Shown piece by piece: positions 1 to 9,755 of a stretch of DNA of 64,000 nt (positions within the stretch are counted from its first letter, which is position 1; every line of letters starts with the position of its first letter). The translations under genes and the position numbers were made by a program. The stretch covers positions 544,001-608,000 of the forward strand of contig OZ244252.1 of assembly GCA_965217185.1 (NCBI GenBank), in the 5' to 3' direction. This DNA is from an uncultured Candidatus Entotheonella sp. (GTDB taxonomy: Bacteria; Tectomicrobia; Entotheonellia; Entotheonellales; Entotheonellaceae). The notes under the pieces were generated by a model. It saw only the letters and a program-made list of their open reading frames with translations, searched no databases and was not told the DNA's origin.

Positions 1-963
1 GCCGCCCTGAACCGAGTCGCCGATGACGAACGCCACGCCGCCGGAGCCGTGATCGCTGCCGGAACCGTTGTCCCTCACGCGCCGCCCGAACTCCGAGAAA
101 ATGTAAATCACGGTGTCGTCAAGGCGATTGTGCAGCTTCAGGTCGTCCATGAAGCTTCCCACCGCACTGTCGACATGCTCCCACAACTGGGCGTGCGTCG
201 GTAGCTCGCCGGAATGCGTGTCGAAGCTGGCGTGCGTGGTGTAATAAATGCGGGTGCCGATGTCGGCGAGGAGTACCTGGGCGATGGCCTTGAGGTTATG
301 CGCCACGGGATTGTCGGGATAGTTGACCGTGGAGGCATACTGGGCCGGCGCCTGGCGAAGAATGTCGGCGCCCTTGAGCACGTCGGCGCCCGTCTGTCCA
401 AGATAATCGAAGACAACGTCCCGGCCGGCCGCGCCGCCGTACATCTTGGTGAAGGTTGCCAGGGCGGATTGCTTGAGCGCTTCGTCCTGCAGATCCGGGA
501 ACAGGCCGTAGGTGTCAAGGTTGCCGACCGACGCCACCGGGACACCCCGCAGGCCCAATGCCCGTGGCAGGCCGCGACCGAAGTTGATACCCGTCAGTAC
601 GTTCTCAGACTTGGGATCAAGCTCGCGAATGACGCGACCCAGCCAGCCCTCGGTGCCAATTTTGGTGGGCTCGGCGGTGTGCCAGATGTCCAGGGAACGG
701 AAGTGGGAACGATTGGGATTGGGATAGCCGATGCCGTTGATGATGGCGACTTTGCCTTCGTCCCACAAATTCTTGATGGCCCCTATGCTGGGGTGGAATC
801 CGAAGTGATCGTTGATAGGCAGGACGGCGTCTGGTGCAATGTGAACGGTGGGTCGGAAATCGTAATAAAGACCGTTGCTGTAAGGTACCACGGTGTCGAG
901 GCAGTCATTGCCGCCGCTAAGCTGTATCACCACCAGCTTCTTGTCACGTTGAGAAACCATCAT
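1..963 (-). CDS. DUF1501 family protein (runs off the window; C-terminus missing)
   Basis: Not in the ORF track. Manual translation from ATG at 963 (RBS AAAGGAG upstream) gives MMVSQRDKKLVVIQLSGGNDCLDTVVPY...FGFHP, the typical DUF1501 N-terminal motif. Confidence 0.8.
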   Translation of the reverse strand, partial: MMVSQRDKKLVVIQLSGGNDCLDTVVPYSNGLYYDFRPTVHIAPDAVLPINDHFGFHPSIGAIKNLWDEGKVAIINGIGYPNPNRSHFRSLDIWHTAEPTKIGTEGWLGRVIRELDPKSENVLTGINFGRGLPRALGLRGVPVASVGNLDTYGLFPDLQDEALKQSALATFTKMYGGAAGRDVVFDYLGQTGADVLKGADILRQAPAQYASTVNYPDNPVAHNLKAIAQVLLADIGTRIYYTTHASFDTHSGELPTHAQLWEHVDSAVGSFMDDLKLHNRLDDTVIYIFSEFGRRVRDNGSGSDHGSGGVAFVIGDSVQGG

Positions 964-1060
964 CTTCTCCTTTCCGGATGGGTTGTTCGCAAATGGGTCG
1001 CCAGGATGACTGGGTGCCGAGAGTATAACCGAATAACGTGGTTCGTTCCTGAGGCGCTAT

Positions 1061-1077
1061 TATGTCGATATAACATA
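1061..1077. promoter_or_regulatory. Near-palindromic candidate operator upstream of the DUF1501 gene
   Basis: TATGTCGATATAACATA versus its reverse complement TATGTTATATCGACATA, in an AT-rich intergenic stretch. Confidence 0.3.
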
Positions 1078-1128
1078 TATCCACCAACGAGTACAGGTCA
1101 TTTGCCAGCGGGTTTGCGGGGGCCGTTT

Positions 1129-1551
1129 TTATGACGCCCGCGCCGCCTGCAGACACCGTTCGTGCCAGAATCGAGACCACGCCTCGTATTGCTCCAGATC
1201 CGGCTGATACCTGTCGTGATACGCCATCGCAATGCCGCACTGCTGACCGGCGACGTCGAACACCGTCAATGCCACACGCGCCAACTGCCCGCGGTATTGC
1301 TCGCGTCGGTCCGTCTCGATGAACTTGGCGTCGGCTAACGAAAACAGCCCCGCCTCGTTCATGGGTGCCAGAACGCGCTCCCGCAAGTCTTCACTTGCCA
1401 TGTCCTGGCCGAATACGTAGAGACTCAGCCGACCGGGGTCGAAGGCAATCACCTTCGCATGGTCCAACAGCCAATCAAAGTCATGCTTGCCTAACGCCAT
1501 ACCAGACTCTCCTTCATCGACTTTCAGGATGCTTGCAAGGTTCGGATTCAT
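1129..1551 (-). CDS. Hypothetical protein (140 aa)
   Basis: Protein-like composition; co-oriented with mtnA and overlapping its 3' end; no family recognised. Confidence 0.65.
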   Translation of the reverse strand: MNPNLASILKVDEGESGMALGKHDFDWLLDHAKVIAFDPGRLSLYVFGQDMASEDLRERVLAPMNEAGLFSLADAKFIETDRREQYRGQLARVALTVFDVAGQQCGIAMAYHDRYQPDLEQYEAWSRFWHERCLQAARAS

Positions 1552-2641
1552 GGGTTAGCACCGGTGCGTCTCCCCCGTTGTCGCCCGAAGTCACCTGCGT
1601 CGGCTCGAACAGCGCCGCAATGGTTTCGGAGTTGGGCGGCATGGCGATGCCGGCTTCGGTGATGATGCCGCGGATGTAGGGGGCGGGCGTCACGTCGAAA
1701 GCGGGGTTAGCGACTTCGACATCGGGGCCGGCGATACGTTGGGTGCCGACGAGGCGGACTTCGTCGCCATGGCGTTGTTCGATGGGGATGGCGGCGCCGG
1801 TTTCGAGGGAGCGGTCGATAGTGGAGAGGGGCGCGGCGACGTAGAAGGGCAGGGCGTGCTCCTTGGCGAGAACGGCAAGGCCGTAGGTGCCGATTTTGTT
1901 GGCGGTGTCGCCATTGGCGGCGATGCGGTCGGCGCCGACGATGACCAGATCGATCTTGCCTTCGCGCATGAAGTACCCGGCCATATTGTCGGTGATGAGC
2001 GTGACCGGGATGTCGTCCCGCTGCAGTTCCCACGTGGTGAGGCGGGCGCCTTGCAAAAAGGGTCGGGTTTCGTCGGCAAAAACCTGGATGTGCCGGTCGG
2101 CGAAGTGCGCGGCGCGTATCACGCCCAGGGCGGTGCCGTAGCCGGCTGTGGCCAGGGCGCCGGCGTTGCAGTGGGTCAGAACCGTGCTCTGAGGCGGCAC
2201 CAGCGGCAGGCCGTGCTCGCCGATACGGCGATTGATATCGATGTCTTGCCGCCACAGGCGGTGGGCCTCCGACGTGAGCGCTTTCTGCAGTTGTCGCAAG
2301 GAACCGTCAAAATACGGCTCGGCGCAGGCGCGCATGCGTTCGATGGCCCAGAACAGGTTGACGGCGGTGGGACGGGTTTGCGCCATGAGTTGGCAAATGG
2401 ATTCAAACCGGGCTTTGACGTCGTCAGGCTCGCGCGACACCTGCTGCATGCCCAGCGCGATGCCTGCCGCCGCCGTTACTCCAATGGCCGGGGCGCCGCG
2501 CACTACCATCGTGCGGATGGCCTCCGCGACGTCCTCAGCCGTGCGGCACGTGACGTATTCTTCAGAGGTGGGCAGCTTGCGCTGATCGAGCAGCCGGACG
2601 GCGTCCTCAAGAATTTCGATCGTGCGAATGAGCGATTCCAT
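1514..2641 (-). CDS. mtnA: S-methyl-5-thioribose-1-phosphate isomerase
   Basis: Motifs [64 protein letters not shown]. Confidence 0.97.
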   Translation of the reverse strand: MESLIRTIEILEDAVRLLDQRKLPTSEEYVTCRTAEDVAEAIRTMVVRGAPAIGVTAAAGIALGMQQVSREPDDVKARFESICQLMAQTRPTAVNLFWAIERMRACAEPYFDGSLRQLQKALTSEAHRLWRQDIDINRRIGEHGLPLVPPQSTVLTHCNAGALATAGYGTALGVIRAAHFADRHIQVFADETRPFLQGARLTTWELQRDDIPVTLITDNMAGYFMREGKIDLVIVGADRIAANGDTANKIGTYGLAVLAKEHALPFYVAAPLSTIDRSLETGAAIPIEQRHGDEVRLVGTQRIAGPDVEVANPAFDVTPAPYIRGIITEAGIAMPPNSETIAALFEPTQVTSGDNGGDAPVLTHESEPCKHPESR

Positions 2642-2650
2642 AACAGACCT

Positions 2651-2971
2651 TTAGGTGGAGGAGTGGGGGATACCCAAGGCAGCGGCTACTTGCGGCAGGG
2701 TGACCCCATCAATACGGATGAGCTTGTGGCGGCTTTTTTGGCCGGACTGCAGTCGGACCTGTGAGCGGCGCACGCGCAGCGCCTTGGCCAGGAAGGCCAA
2801 GCAAGCGGCGTTGGCGGCCCCGTCAACCGGCGGCGCCGCAAGACGCAGCCGGAGGTCATGAGCGTGCACGCCATCAAGGCGTTCCATTCTGGCGCCGGGC
2901 TGCACGCGCACCCGCAGCAAAACACCTCTGGGAGTAGCGGTCAGTATCGGCGAGTGCGGAACCGCTGCCAT
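2651..2971 (-). CDS. DUF167/YggU family protein
   Basis: VRVQPGA...APPVDGAAN...SGQKSRHK pattern; typical position after proC. Confidence 0.9.
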   Translation of the reverse strand: MAAVPHSPILTATPRGVLLRVRVQPGARMERLDGVHAHDLRLRLAAPPVDGAANAACLAFLAKALRVRRSQVRLQSGQKSRHKLIRIDGVTLPQVAAALGIPHSST

Positions 2972-2983
2972 GCCGCCGCGTCC

Positions 2984-3823
2984 TTATTTGAGACCCCGGC
3001 CGAGCTCTTGCGAGCGTTCGGTGGCGCGGCGCACGGCTGCCATCATCAGTCCTCGCAAGCCACCGTCTTCCATCGCCTGCATGCCGGCGATGGTGGTGCC
3101 GGCGGGGGAGGTCACCATGTCTTTGAGCTCACCCGGATGTTTTCCGGTTTCGAGGACCATCTTGGCGGCGCCCAAGACGGTTTGCGCGGCCAGCATGGTG
3201 GAAGTCGGGCGGTCCAGGCCCATCAGGACACCGCCGTCGGAAAGGCCCTCGATGAAAGCAAAAACGAACGCTGGACCGCTGCCGCTCAGGCCGGTGACGG
3301 TGTCCATCATGCCGTCGCTTACGACCGTGGCACGGCCGACGACGTTGAAGAGGCGCTCCACCAGGGCGATGTCCGCTGGAGTGGCCGCGGCGCCAGGTGA
3401 AATGCCGGCAGCGCCTGCCAAAACCAAGGCCGGCGTGTTCGGCATGACACGCACGACGCGGCTGTCGTCAGCCAGGGCGTTTTGCAGGGTGGACAGGGGG
3501 ACGCCGGCGGCGATCGAGACGATCAGCTTATCCCGGTTGACCTCCGGCGCGATGGATTCCAGCAACGCCGGCACGGTTTGCGGTTTCACGGCCAGGAAAA
3601 TGACTTGGCTGTCGCGCACCGCCTGCGGATTATCGTCGGAGGTGCAAATACCGTATGCCTCGCGCAGATAATCGCAGCGCTCCCGGATGATGTCAGTGGC
3701 GACGATGTGTCGGGGGTTCACAGCCAAGCCGGTGAGCAAGCCCTTGATGAGGGCCTCGGCCATATTCCCGCCGCCGAGAAAGGCAAAGCGCAGATTTTCG
3801 ATCATGGTTTCCCCCTGACTCAT
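2984..3823 (-). CDS. proC: Pyrroline-5-carboxylate reductase
   Basis: GGGNMAEA, LAVKPQ, RVMPNTP, SGSGPAF, VTSPAGTT. Confidence 0.97.
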   Translation of the reverse strand: MSQGETMIENLRFAFLGGGNMAEALIKGLLTGLAVNPRHIVATDIIRERCDYLREAYGICTSDDNPQAVRDSQVIFLAVKPQTVPALLESIAPEVNRDKLIVSIAAGVPLSTLQNALADDSRVVRVMPNTPALVLAGAAGISPGAAATPADIALVERLFNVVGRATVVSDGMMDTVTGLSGSGPAFVFAFIEGLSDGGVLMGLDRPTSTMLAAQTVLGAAKMVLETGKHPGELKDMVTSPAGTTIAGMQAMEDGGLRGLMMAAVRRATERSQELGRGLK

Positions 3824-4557
3824 CAGCGGCGCTCCGGGCGCGGGCCAAAAATGGCTGTCCCGACTCGCACGAGGGTCGCGCCCTCTTCGATGGCCACCTC
3901 ATAGTCTGCCGTCATGCCCATGGACAATTCGTCGAACGCCATGCCGTCGTAGCCCTCTTGGGCCAGGCGATCGCGCAATTGGCGCAACTGGCGGAAAAAG
4001 GGTCTGGCCTCGTGTGGCTGCGACGTGGGTGGCGGAATGGTCATCAAACCTCGCACCTGAATATGCGGCAAGGCGGCGAGTTGCCTGATGTCGTTCAGAA
4101 GGCCCGACGGGGTCCAGCCGCTCTTGCTCGTCTCGCCGCCAACGTTCACCTCCAGCAGCACCGATAGCTGGCGCCCCAGACGCTCGGCGCGGCGGTTGAT
4201 TTCCTCGGCGAGTTCGAGGCGATCAAGCGAATGCATCATGTCGAACAGATCGAAAACGTACCGCACTTTGTTACGTTGTAAAGGGCCGATCAGGTGCCAC
4301 TCGACACCGGCCCGCCCGATCTGACCCAACTTCTGCCGCGTTTCCTGGAGATAATTTTCCCCCAGGATGGTTACCCCTGCGGAAATGGCAGCGCGAATGC
4401 GAGCGGCATCCACCGTTTTGCTGGCGGCAACCAGGCGCACGGACATCGGGTCGCGGTCGGCCCGTTCGGCCGCCTGTCGCATGCGTGTGCGCACGCGTCT
4501 GACATTGTCGGCGATGGACAGAACTTTATCGGTATCGGATGCCTCGATCTGCGCCAT
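3823..4557 (-). CDS. yggS: PLP homeostasis protein YggS/PLPBP
   Basis: AASKT, GENYLQE, WHLIGPLQRNK, GLMTIPP, LSMGMT, VRVGTAIFG; start moved to MAQIEAS at 4557. Confidence 0.95.
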   Translation of the reverse strand: MAQIEASDTDKVLSIADNVRRVRTRMRQAAERADRDPMSVRLVAASKTVDAARIRAAISAGVTILGENYLQETRQKLGQIGRAGVEWHLIGPLQRNKVRYVFDLFDMMHSLDRLELAEEINRRAERLGRQLSVLLEVNVGGETSKSGWTPSGLLNDIRQLAALPHIQVRGLMTIPPPTSQPHEARPFFRQLRQLRDRLAQEGYDGMAFDELSMGMTADYEVAIEEGATLVRVGTAIFGPRPERR

Positions 4558-4636
4558 AACGATTCCTAAGGTGACGATGGCAACAACGACGTGAACGCAA
4601 GGCGCTTGGTATAGCAAGGCACCCGGTAAAGCGCAA

Positions 4637-5500
4637 TCACTTTTCCCCGATCACCGTAGAGGGGGTCGGTTCGCCGTTACGCCGGATGCCGATAACGGCC
4701 ATGCCGCGTCCGGCCATTGGCCCCTTGGCACGGTGAGAATGGAAGTGTTGGTGGTGGCACTTCGTACACGGCGACACGGTCTCAATCTGGGCCGGCGGTA
4801 CTCCTTCGGCCAGGAGTTGGCCTTCATTGGCAGCCGTGAGGCTCATCGTCCAGGGCCGGGCCGCATCTCTACGCCGCTCGCTGGGTTTGATGAACCGTTG
4901 CCAATCGGGGAAACCTTCCTGGAAGGGACGTACTGCGCGGGCATCCAAGTCATAGCAGCACGCGCCTATGGCCGGGCCAAGCAAGGCGTGCAATTGAGCC
5001 GGGTCGACGCCAAATTGCCGTTTGATGACGCCGAGCGCAGCTCGAGTAACGAGGCGGAAAGTTCCCATACGGCCGGCATGCACGAGCGCAACAAGTGGGG
5101 TATGCAAGGCGTAAAGCACGATGGGGAGGCAGTCGGCGACGAGAACGCCCAGGGTTGTGTTGGGCAGCGTTGTTACCAGCGCATCGGCCTCGATACCGAC
5201 GAGGCCATTTTGCAACGCCGCAGAATCAACAACGCACACCCTGTTTCCGTGGACCTGACGCACCGTGTGGAGCGCTGACCCTTCCAGACCCAGTGCCTTC
5301 AACAGCGCTTCGCGATGTCGGCTTACAACGTAGCGTGGGCCCCGGTCGTAACTGAGATTGAAGCCGCCCGTCGCAGAGTCAGTCCGGCGCATGGTAAAGG
5401 CGCATCGGAGCCAAGCATGACCCTGTATGGCAGCCGGTATCAAGTACGCGACTTCGGGTGTGCGACACCACAGCAGGCGTCCTTCCGAAACGGCCTGCAT
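4637..5500 (-). CDS. pgeF: Peptidoglycan editing factor PgeF (YfiH / purine nucleoside phosphorylase family)
   Basis: QVHG, ADAL, ADCLPI, HAGRMG, GPAIG, FHSHR; start set at ATG 5500 behind GGAGAAAGG. Confidence 0.9.
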   Translation of the reverse strand: MQAVSEGRLLWCRTPEVAYLIPAAIQGHAWLRCAFTMRRTDSATGGFNLSYDRGPRYVVSRHREALLKALGLEGSALHTVRQVHGNRVCVVDSAALQNGLVGIEADALVTTLPNTTLGVLVADCLPIVLYALHTPLVALVHAGRMGTFRLVTRAALGVIKRQFGVDPAQLHALLGPAIGACCYDLDARAVRPFQEGFPDWQRFIKPSERRRDAARPWTMSLTAANEGQLLAEGVPPAQIETVSPCTKCHHQHFHSHRAKGPMAGRGMAVIGIRRNGEPTPSTVIGEK

Positions 5501-5528
5501 GTGCCTTTCTCCGTGTGCGGCTGATCTG

Positions 5529-6719
5529 TTAACGGACTTTGCGGCGCACAAAGGCGGGAATGTCCAAGCGCCGTCCGCCGGGTTCAGCGGCAGGCGGCGC
5601 GACCTCTTTGGGACCTTGCGACCGCTGGCGACGTTCCTGCCCCCCGTCGAGACTGTTCATGTCCTGATTGCCGCGTCCCGTCGGCGGCCGTAGCGCCCGT
5701 GCATCCGCGTCCCGATGATGAAAGCCGGTGGCAATAACCGTCACGCGCAATTCGTCTTCGAGCTTCTCGTCGGTCACGGCGCCGAAAATGATATGCGCCT
5801 CTTCGTGGACCGCCTCGCGGATAATCGACGCCGCGTCGTGAACTTCGTGGAGGGCAATGTCGTAGCCGCCGGTGACGTTCAACAAAATGCCGCGTGCGCC
5901 GTCAATCGAAGAATCCTCGAGCAGCGGGCTGGAGACAGCCAGATGCGCCGCCTCAATGGCACGCTTGTCGCCATATCCGACACCGGTTCCCATAACGGCC
6001 AGACCCATGCCGCTCATGATGGTCTGAACGTCGGCGAAATCCAGGTTGATCAGGCCGGGCGCGACGATCAGGTTTGCAATGCCCTCCACCGCCTGCCGCA
6101 GCACGTTGTCCGCCACCTTGAAAGCGTCGCGCAGCGAGGTGCCGCGTCCCACGACCTGCAACAATCGCTGGTTGGGAATGGTGATCAGTGTGTCTGCCGT
6201 ATTGCGCAGTGCGCGCACGCCCTCTTCGGCCTGCGTTTTGCGTGTCTTGCCCTCGAAATCAAACGGTTTGGTGATGACCGCGACGGTCAAGCAACCCAGT
6301 TCCTTGGCAACTTTTGCGATGATCGGGGCTGCGCCCGTGCCGGTGCCGCCACCCATGCCGGCGGTGATAAACACCATGTCGGTACCGGCCAGATGGTCGC
6401 TGATTTCCTGATGGCTTTCCTCTGCGGAACGGCGTCCGATTTCGGGATTTGCGCCAGCACCCAGGCCCTTGGTCAGTTCCGACCCGATCTGCAGCTTGGT
6501 CGGTGCCAAGGTGGCCTCGAGCGCCTGCAGATCGGTATTCGCGGCAATGAATTCAACGCCCGCGCCGCGTTCCTCGATCATGTTGTCTATGGCGTTGCCG
6601 CCTGCACCGCCCACGCCGACAACCTTAATCGTCGTTACGCCGTTATCTGCACGGCCGGCAAGGTGAATACGGTTATTTTCTTCCCCAGACAAATCGGCCA
6701 ACGACAGACGATTTTCCAT
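5529..6719 (-). CDS. ftsZ: Cell division protein FtsZ
   Basis: [18 protein letters not shown] tubulin signature, INLDFADV, C-terminal [10 protein letters not shown]. Confidence 0.99.
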   Translation of the reverse strand: MENRLSLADLSGEENNRIHLAGRADNGVTTIKVVGVGGAGGNAIDNMIEERGAGVEFIAANTDLQALEATLAPTKLQIGSELTKGLGAGANPEIGRRSAEESHQEISDHLAGTDMVFITAGMGGGTGTGAAPIIAKVAKELGCLTVAVITKPFDFEGKTRKTQAEEGVRALRNTADTLITIPNQRLLQVVGRGTSLRDAFKVADNVLRQAVEGIANLIVAPGLINLDFADVQTIMSGMGLAVMGTGVGYGDKRAIEAAHLAVSSPLLEDSSIDGARGILLNVTGGYDIALHEVHDAASIIREAVHEEAHIIFGAVTDEKLEDELRVTVIATGFHHRDADARALRPPTGRGNQDMNSLDGGQERRQRSQGPKEVAPPAAEPGGRRLDIPAFVRRKVR

Positions 6720-6736
6720 CTCTCCGCCCCCTCTGT

Positions 6737-7975
6737 TTATGAAACGAAGTCAGTGAACCAATCGCGCATGCGATGGTAGAATCTGCTGAACAAACCCTGC
6801 CCCGCGAACTGATGTAAGCGACCCTGCTGCTGTTTGGCCGCAAATAACAACAAGCCTGCGCCAGTGGCATGCACGGGGTTCTGTACAATTTCCCACAGCC
6901 CTTCGATGCCGCTGGGAATGCCCCGCCGAACAGGCACCTGAAACACCTCCTCGGCCAATTCCACGATACCCTCCAGCGACGCCGTCCCGCCCGTTAGAAC
7001 GACGTACGAGATCATGTCGCTGGCGTAGCCGCTGTCGTTGAGCTCGCTCAGAACCATCTGCAAAATCTCCTCAGCCCGTGGTTCGATGATCTCGCAGATG
7101 TCGAGCCGCCGCATGCGCTCGGTCTCGTGATTGCCGCTGAAGCTGACCTCCACCACGTCGCGGTCATTGACGAGCGGGATGTATGCGCAGCCGTGGGCTT
7201 TCTTGATCTGTTCGGCATCCGGCACGGAGGTGTTCAGCCCGATAGCCAGATCTTTGGTAATGTGCGCGCCGCCGATGCCCAGAACCTCTGTGAATTGCAA
7301 GCTGCCGTCTGAAAGCAGCGCGATGTTTGTGCTACCACCGCCGATGTCGATGAGCAGCACCTCCGCGTCGCGCTCATCAGCATTCAAGGTCGCCTCACTG
7401 ACGGCTAGCTGATCCAGCACAATGTCCTCGACTTCGAATCCCGCCTTGTTGACACATTTGATGACGTTGTTGGCCACAGCCATGGTGACGGTGACGATAT
7501 GGACTTTCGCCTCCAGGCGGGTAGCGGACATTCCGAGAGGCGGTTCCAGAATGCCGCCTTGGTCGTCCACGACAAACTCTTGCGGCAAGACGTGAATGAT
7601 CTCGCGATCCTCCGGCAGTGCTACAATCCGCGCCGCTTCGATGACCCGCTCGATCTCACGCCCGGTAATTTCCTGGTTCTTCACAGCGATGATACCGGTG
7701 CTGTTGATGCCGTTGATGTGCGGGCCGGCGAGACTCACGTAGGCGGCGTCAACCTCGACATCAGCCATGATCTGGGCTTCTTCGACGGCTTTGCCGATGG
7801 CCTCCACGGTCCTGTCCATATTGGCCACGACACCCTTCTGGAGCCCGCTGCAAAGATGGGAGCCGATGCCGATTACGTCGATCATTCCATCGTCTTGGAT
7901 TTCTCCGATGATGGCCGAAATTTTGGTGGTCCCCATATCCAGACCAACTATAATGTTGCGTGCCTTGCGGCCCAT
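6737..7975 (-). CDS. ftsA: Cell division protein FtsA
   Basis: [27 protein letters not shown], amphipathic C-terminal helix. Confidence 0.98.
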   Translation of the reverse strand: MGRKARNIIVGLDMGTTKISAIIGEIQDDGMIDVIGIGSHLCSGLQKGVVANMDRTVEAIGKAVEEAQIMADVEVDAAYVSLAGPHINGINSTGIIAVKNQEITGREIERVIEAARIVALPEDREIIHVLPQEFVVDDQGGILEPPLGMSATRLEAKVHIVTVTMAVANNVIKCVNKAGFEVEDIVLDQLAVSEATLNADERDAEVLLIDIGGGSTNIALLSDGSLQFTEVLGIGGAHITKDLAIGLNTSVPDAEQIKKAHGCAYIPLVNDRDVVEVSFSGNHETERMRRLDICEIIEPRAEEILQMVLSELNDSGYASDMISYVVLTGGTASLEGIVELAEEVFQVPVRRGIPSGIEGLWEIVQNPVHATGAGLLLFAAKQQQGRLHQFAGQGLFSRFYHRMRDWFTDFVS

Positions 7976-7993
7976 AGTGCTCCTCCCGACGCA

Positions 7994-8809
7994 TCAGCCT
8001 TTGGGTATGACGATAATCCTGTTTCGATATGAAAGATCAATAGCCTGTACTTCGATCCCTTGATGGGCAATGTAGGTCAAGACGTGCGGTAGACGTCCCA
8101 GTTGGGAGACGATCTGCCCCTCACCAAAACGCAGTTGGAACGTGTACGGTTCTATCTTCCATACCGAGGCGCCCGAGGCCGAGACGGAGAGTTCCCGGAG
8201 GCGCATGGTGGCATTCAGTGGGGACTCCCGGTAGGTGTGCAGCAATTCAAGGGCACGTTCAATCTCCTCCATGTCCAGGTGCATACCGGGCGACAAGACG
8301 GATTCTTGATTCAAAATCAACTCCGGCAGGGCGCCATCCTCTTCGGGGTCGAAGTCGCGTAGGACATGCCCCTCGGTATCTACGATCAGGCTCTGCCCAC
8401 GTGAGCGTATGACAAGGGCAGGGGACTGCTCCTGGATGGTAACCTCCAGCGTGTCGGGTAGGAGGCGGCGCAAGGCTACCGTTTGGATGAATGGATGGCC
8501 GGACAAGCGCGTCCCGAGCCGTGGCAAATCGATCGCCAGAAGCGAATGATCGGTCGGAATGGCGAGAAGATAGCGGATGCGTTGCTCCGACAGCGTTTTG
8601 TTGCCGGTGATGTGAATGGTCCGCAGCTTGAAATAATCAGCCTGTACGACACGTTCCCACACGCCGTATGCGCCCCACGCCAAGGCTGCGCACAGCGTCA
8701 ATCCCACCAAGCATTTGCCTAGGAAGAACGTTCTGCGTAGATAGCGCCTGGCACGCAGTTGTCGGCGTTGTGCCTGGTGCAGCGCATTGCTGATGGCGGC
8801 TAGTGGCAT
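7994..8809 (-). CDS. ftsQ: Cell division protein FtsQ/DivIB
   Basis: Single TM helix, POTRA-like region (RRLLPDTLEVTIQE), C-terminal IDLSY; directly upstream of ftsA. Confidence 0.9.
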   Translation of the reverse strand: MPLAAISNALHQAQRRQLRARRYLRRTFFLGKCLVGLTLCAALAWGAYGVWERVVQADYFKLRTIHITGNKTLSEQRIRYLLAIPTDHSLLAIDLPRLGTRLSGHPFIQTVALRRLLPDTLEVTIQEQSPALVIRSRGQSLIVDTEGHVLRDFDPEEDGALPELILNQESVLSPGMHLDMEEIERALELLHTYRESPLNATMRLRELSVSASGASVWKIEPYTFQLRFGEGQIVSQLGRLPHVLTYIAHQGIEVQAIDLSYRNRIIVIPKG

Positions 8810-8812
8810 GTC

Positions 8813-9754
8813 TCAGCCCTTCTCCCCGACGATGCGCACTTCCCTGGTCAGAGAGATGTCATACGCTTCTTGAACGCGGTCCCGGATATAGGCAATCAAG
8901 GTTTCAACGTCGGCAGCCGTAGCACGGGCAACGTTAGTAATGAAATTGGCGTGCACTGGCGAGACTTGCGCACCGCCGATGCGGGTGCCCTTCAATCCCA
9001 GGCGTTCAATCAAGTACCCGGCAGCCCGCCCGCGGGGGTTTGTGAAGGTAGAGCCGGCGCTGGGCAATGTGAGGGGTTGTGTCTGGCGTCGCCGCTTGTA
9101 TGCTCCGCGCATGGTCGAACTGACGACCGATGCGTCGCCGCGTTGAAGCCGTAGGGTCGCTTCCAACAGAATGGCCCCCGGCGGATACGAGGAGGCCCGA
9201 TAGCGCAACCCCAGAGCACTAGCCGGCAAGTTGTATACATTGCCGTCTCGACACAACATACGCGCGGCTACCAATGTGCTACTCATGTCCCCGATGCTGG
9301 TGCCGGCGTTCATCACCATGGCCCCGCCAATCGTTCCCGGTATTCCGTAGGCAAATTCCAGGCCGCTCCAACCCCGTCTGCCTACTTGCATTGCCAAGCG
9401 CGACAACGAGTATCCGGCACCCACTTTCAAGACCGCCGTCTCGCCGTCGGCATTGGGTTGCAGACCGTAGCTACGGAATGAGCCGCGCATTAGCAGCATG
9501 ATACCACGGATGCCGGCGTCACGTATCAGAATATTGGAGCCGCCGCCGAGAACGGAAAGCGGGATTTCATGCCGGTTGGCTATGGCCAGCACCTGTCGGA
9601 GCATTTCAAGGTTGTCGATCTGTACCAGCGCATCCACAGGGCCGCCAACTCGTAGCGAGGTGTAGGGGGCCAAGGGACGCCCAAAGGCCATGCGGGCCGG
9701 GGTATCGCGCAGAAGCTCCGGGAGATTCCATTGTGGTGCCTGTGCCAACCCCAT
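8813..9754 (-). CDS. murB: UDP-N-acetylmuramate dehydrogenase
   Basis: RVGGP, LGGGSNIL, GIPGTIGGAMVMNAG, SAGSTFTNP, HANFI; start ATG 9754. Confidence 0.97.
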   Translation of the reverse strand: MGLAQAPQWNLPELLRDTPARMAFGRPLAPYTSLRVGGPVDALVQIDNLEMLRQVLAIANRHEIPLSVLGGGSNILIRDAGIRGIMLLMRGSFRSYGLQPNADGETAVLKVGAGYSLSRLAMQVGRRGWSGLEFAYGIPGTIGGAMVMNAGTSIGDMSSTLVAARMLCRDGNVYNLPASALGLRYRASSYPPGAILLEATLRLQRGDASVVSSTMRGAYKRRRQTQPLTLPSAGSTFTNPRGRAAGYLIERLGLKGTRIGGAQVSPVHANFITNVARATAADVETLIAYIRDRVQEAYDISLTREVRIVGEKG

Positions 9755-9755
9755 C

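Noticed and set aside
214..1134. 306-aa plus-strand ORF
   Set aside because: Antisense to the DUF1501 gene, which has the recognisable motifs and RBS.
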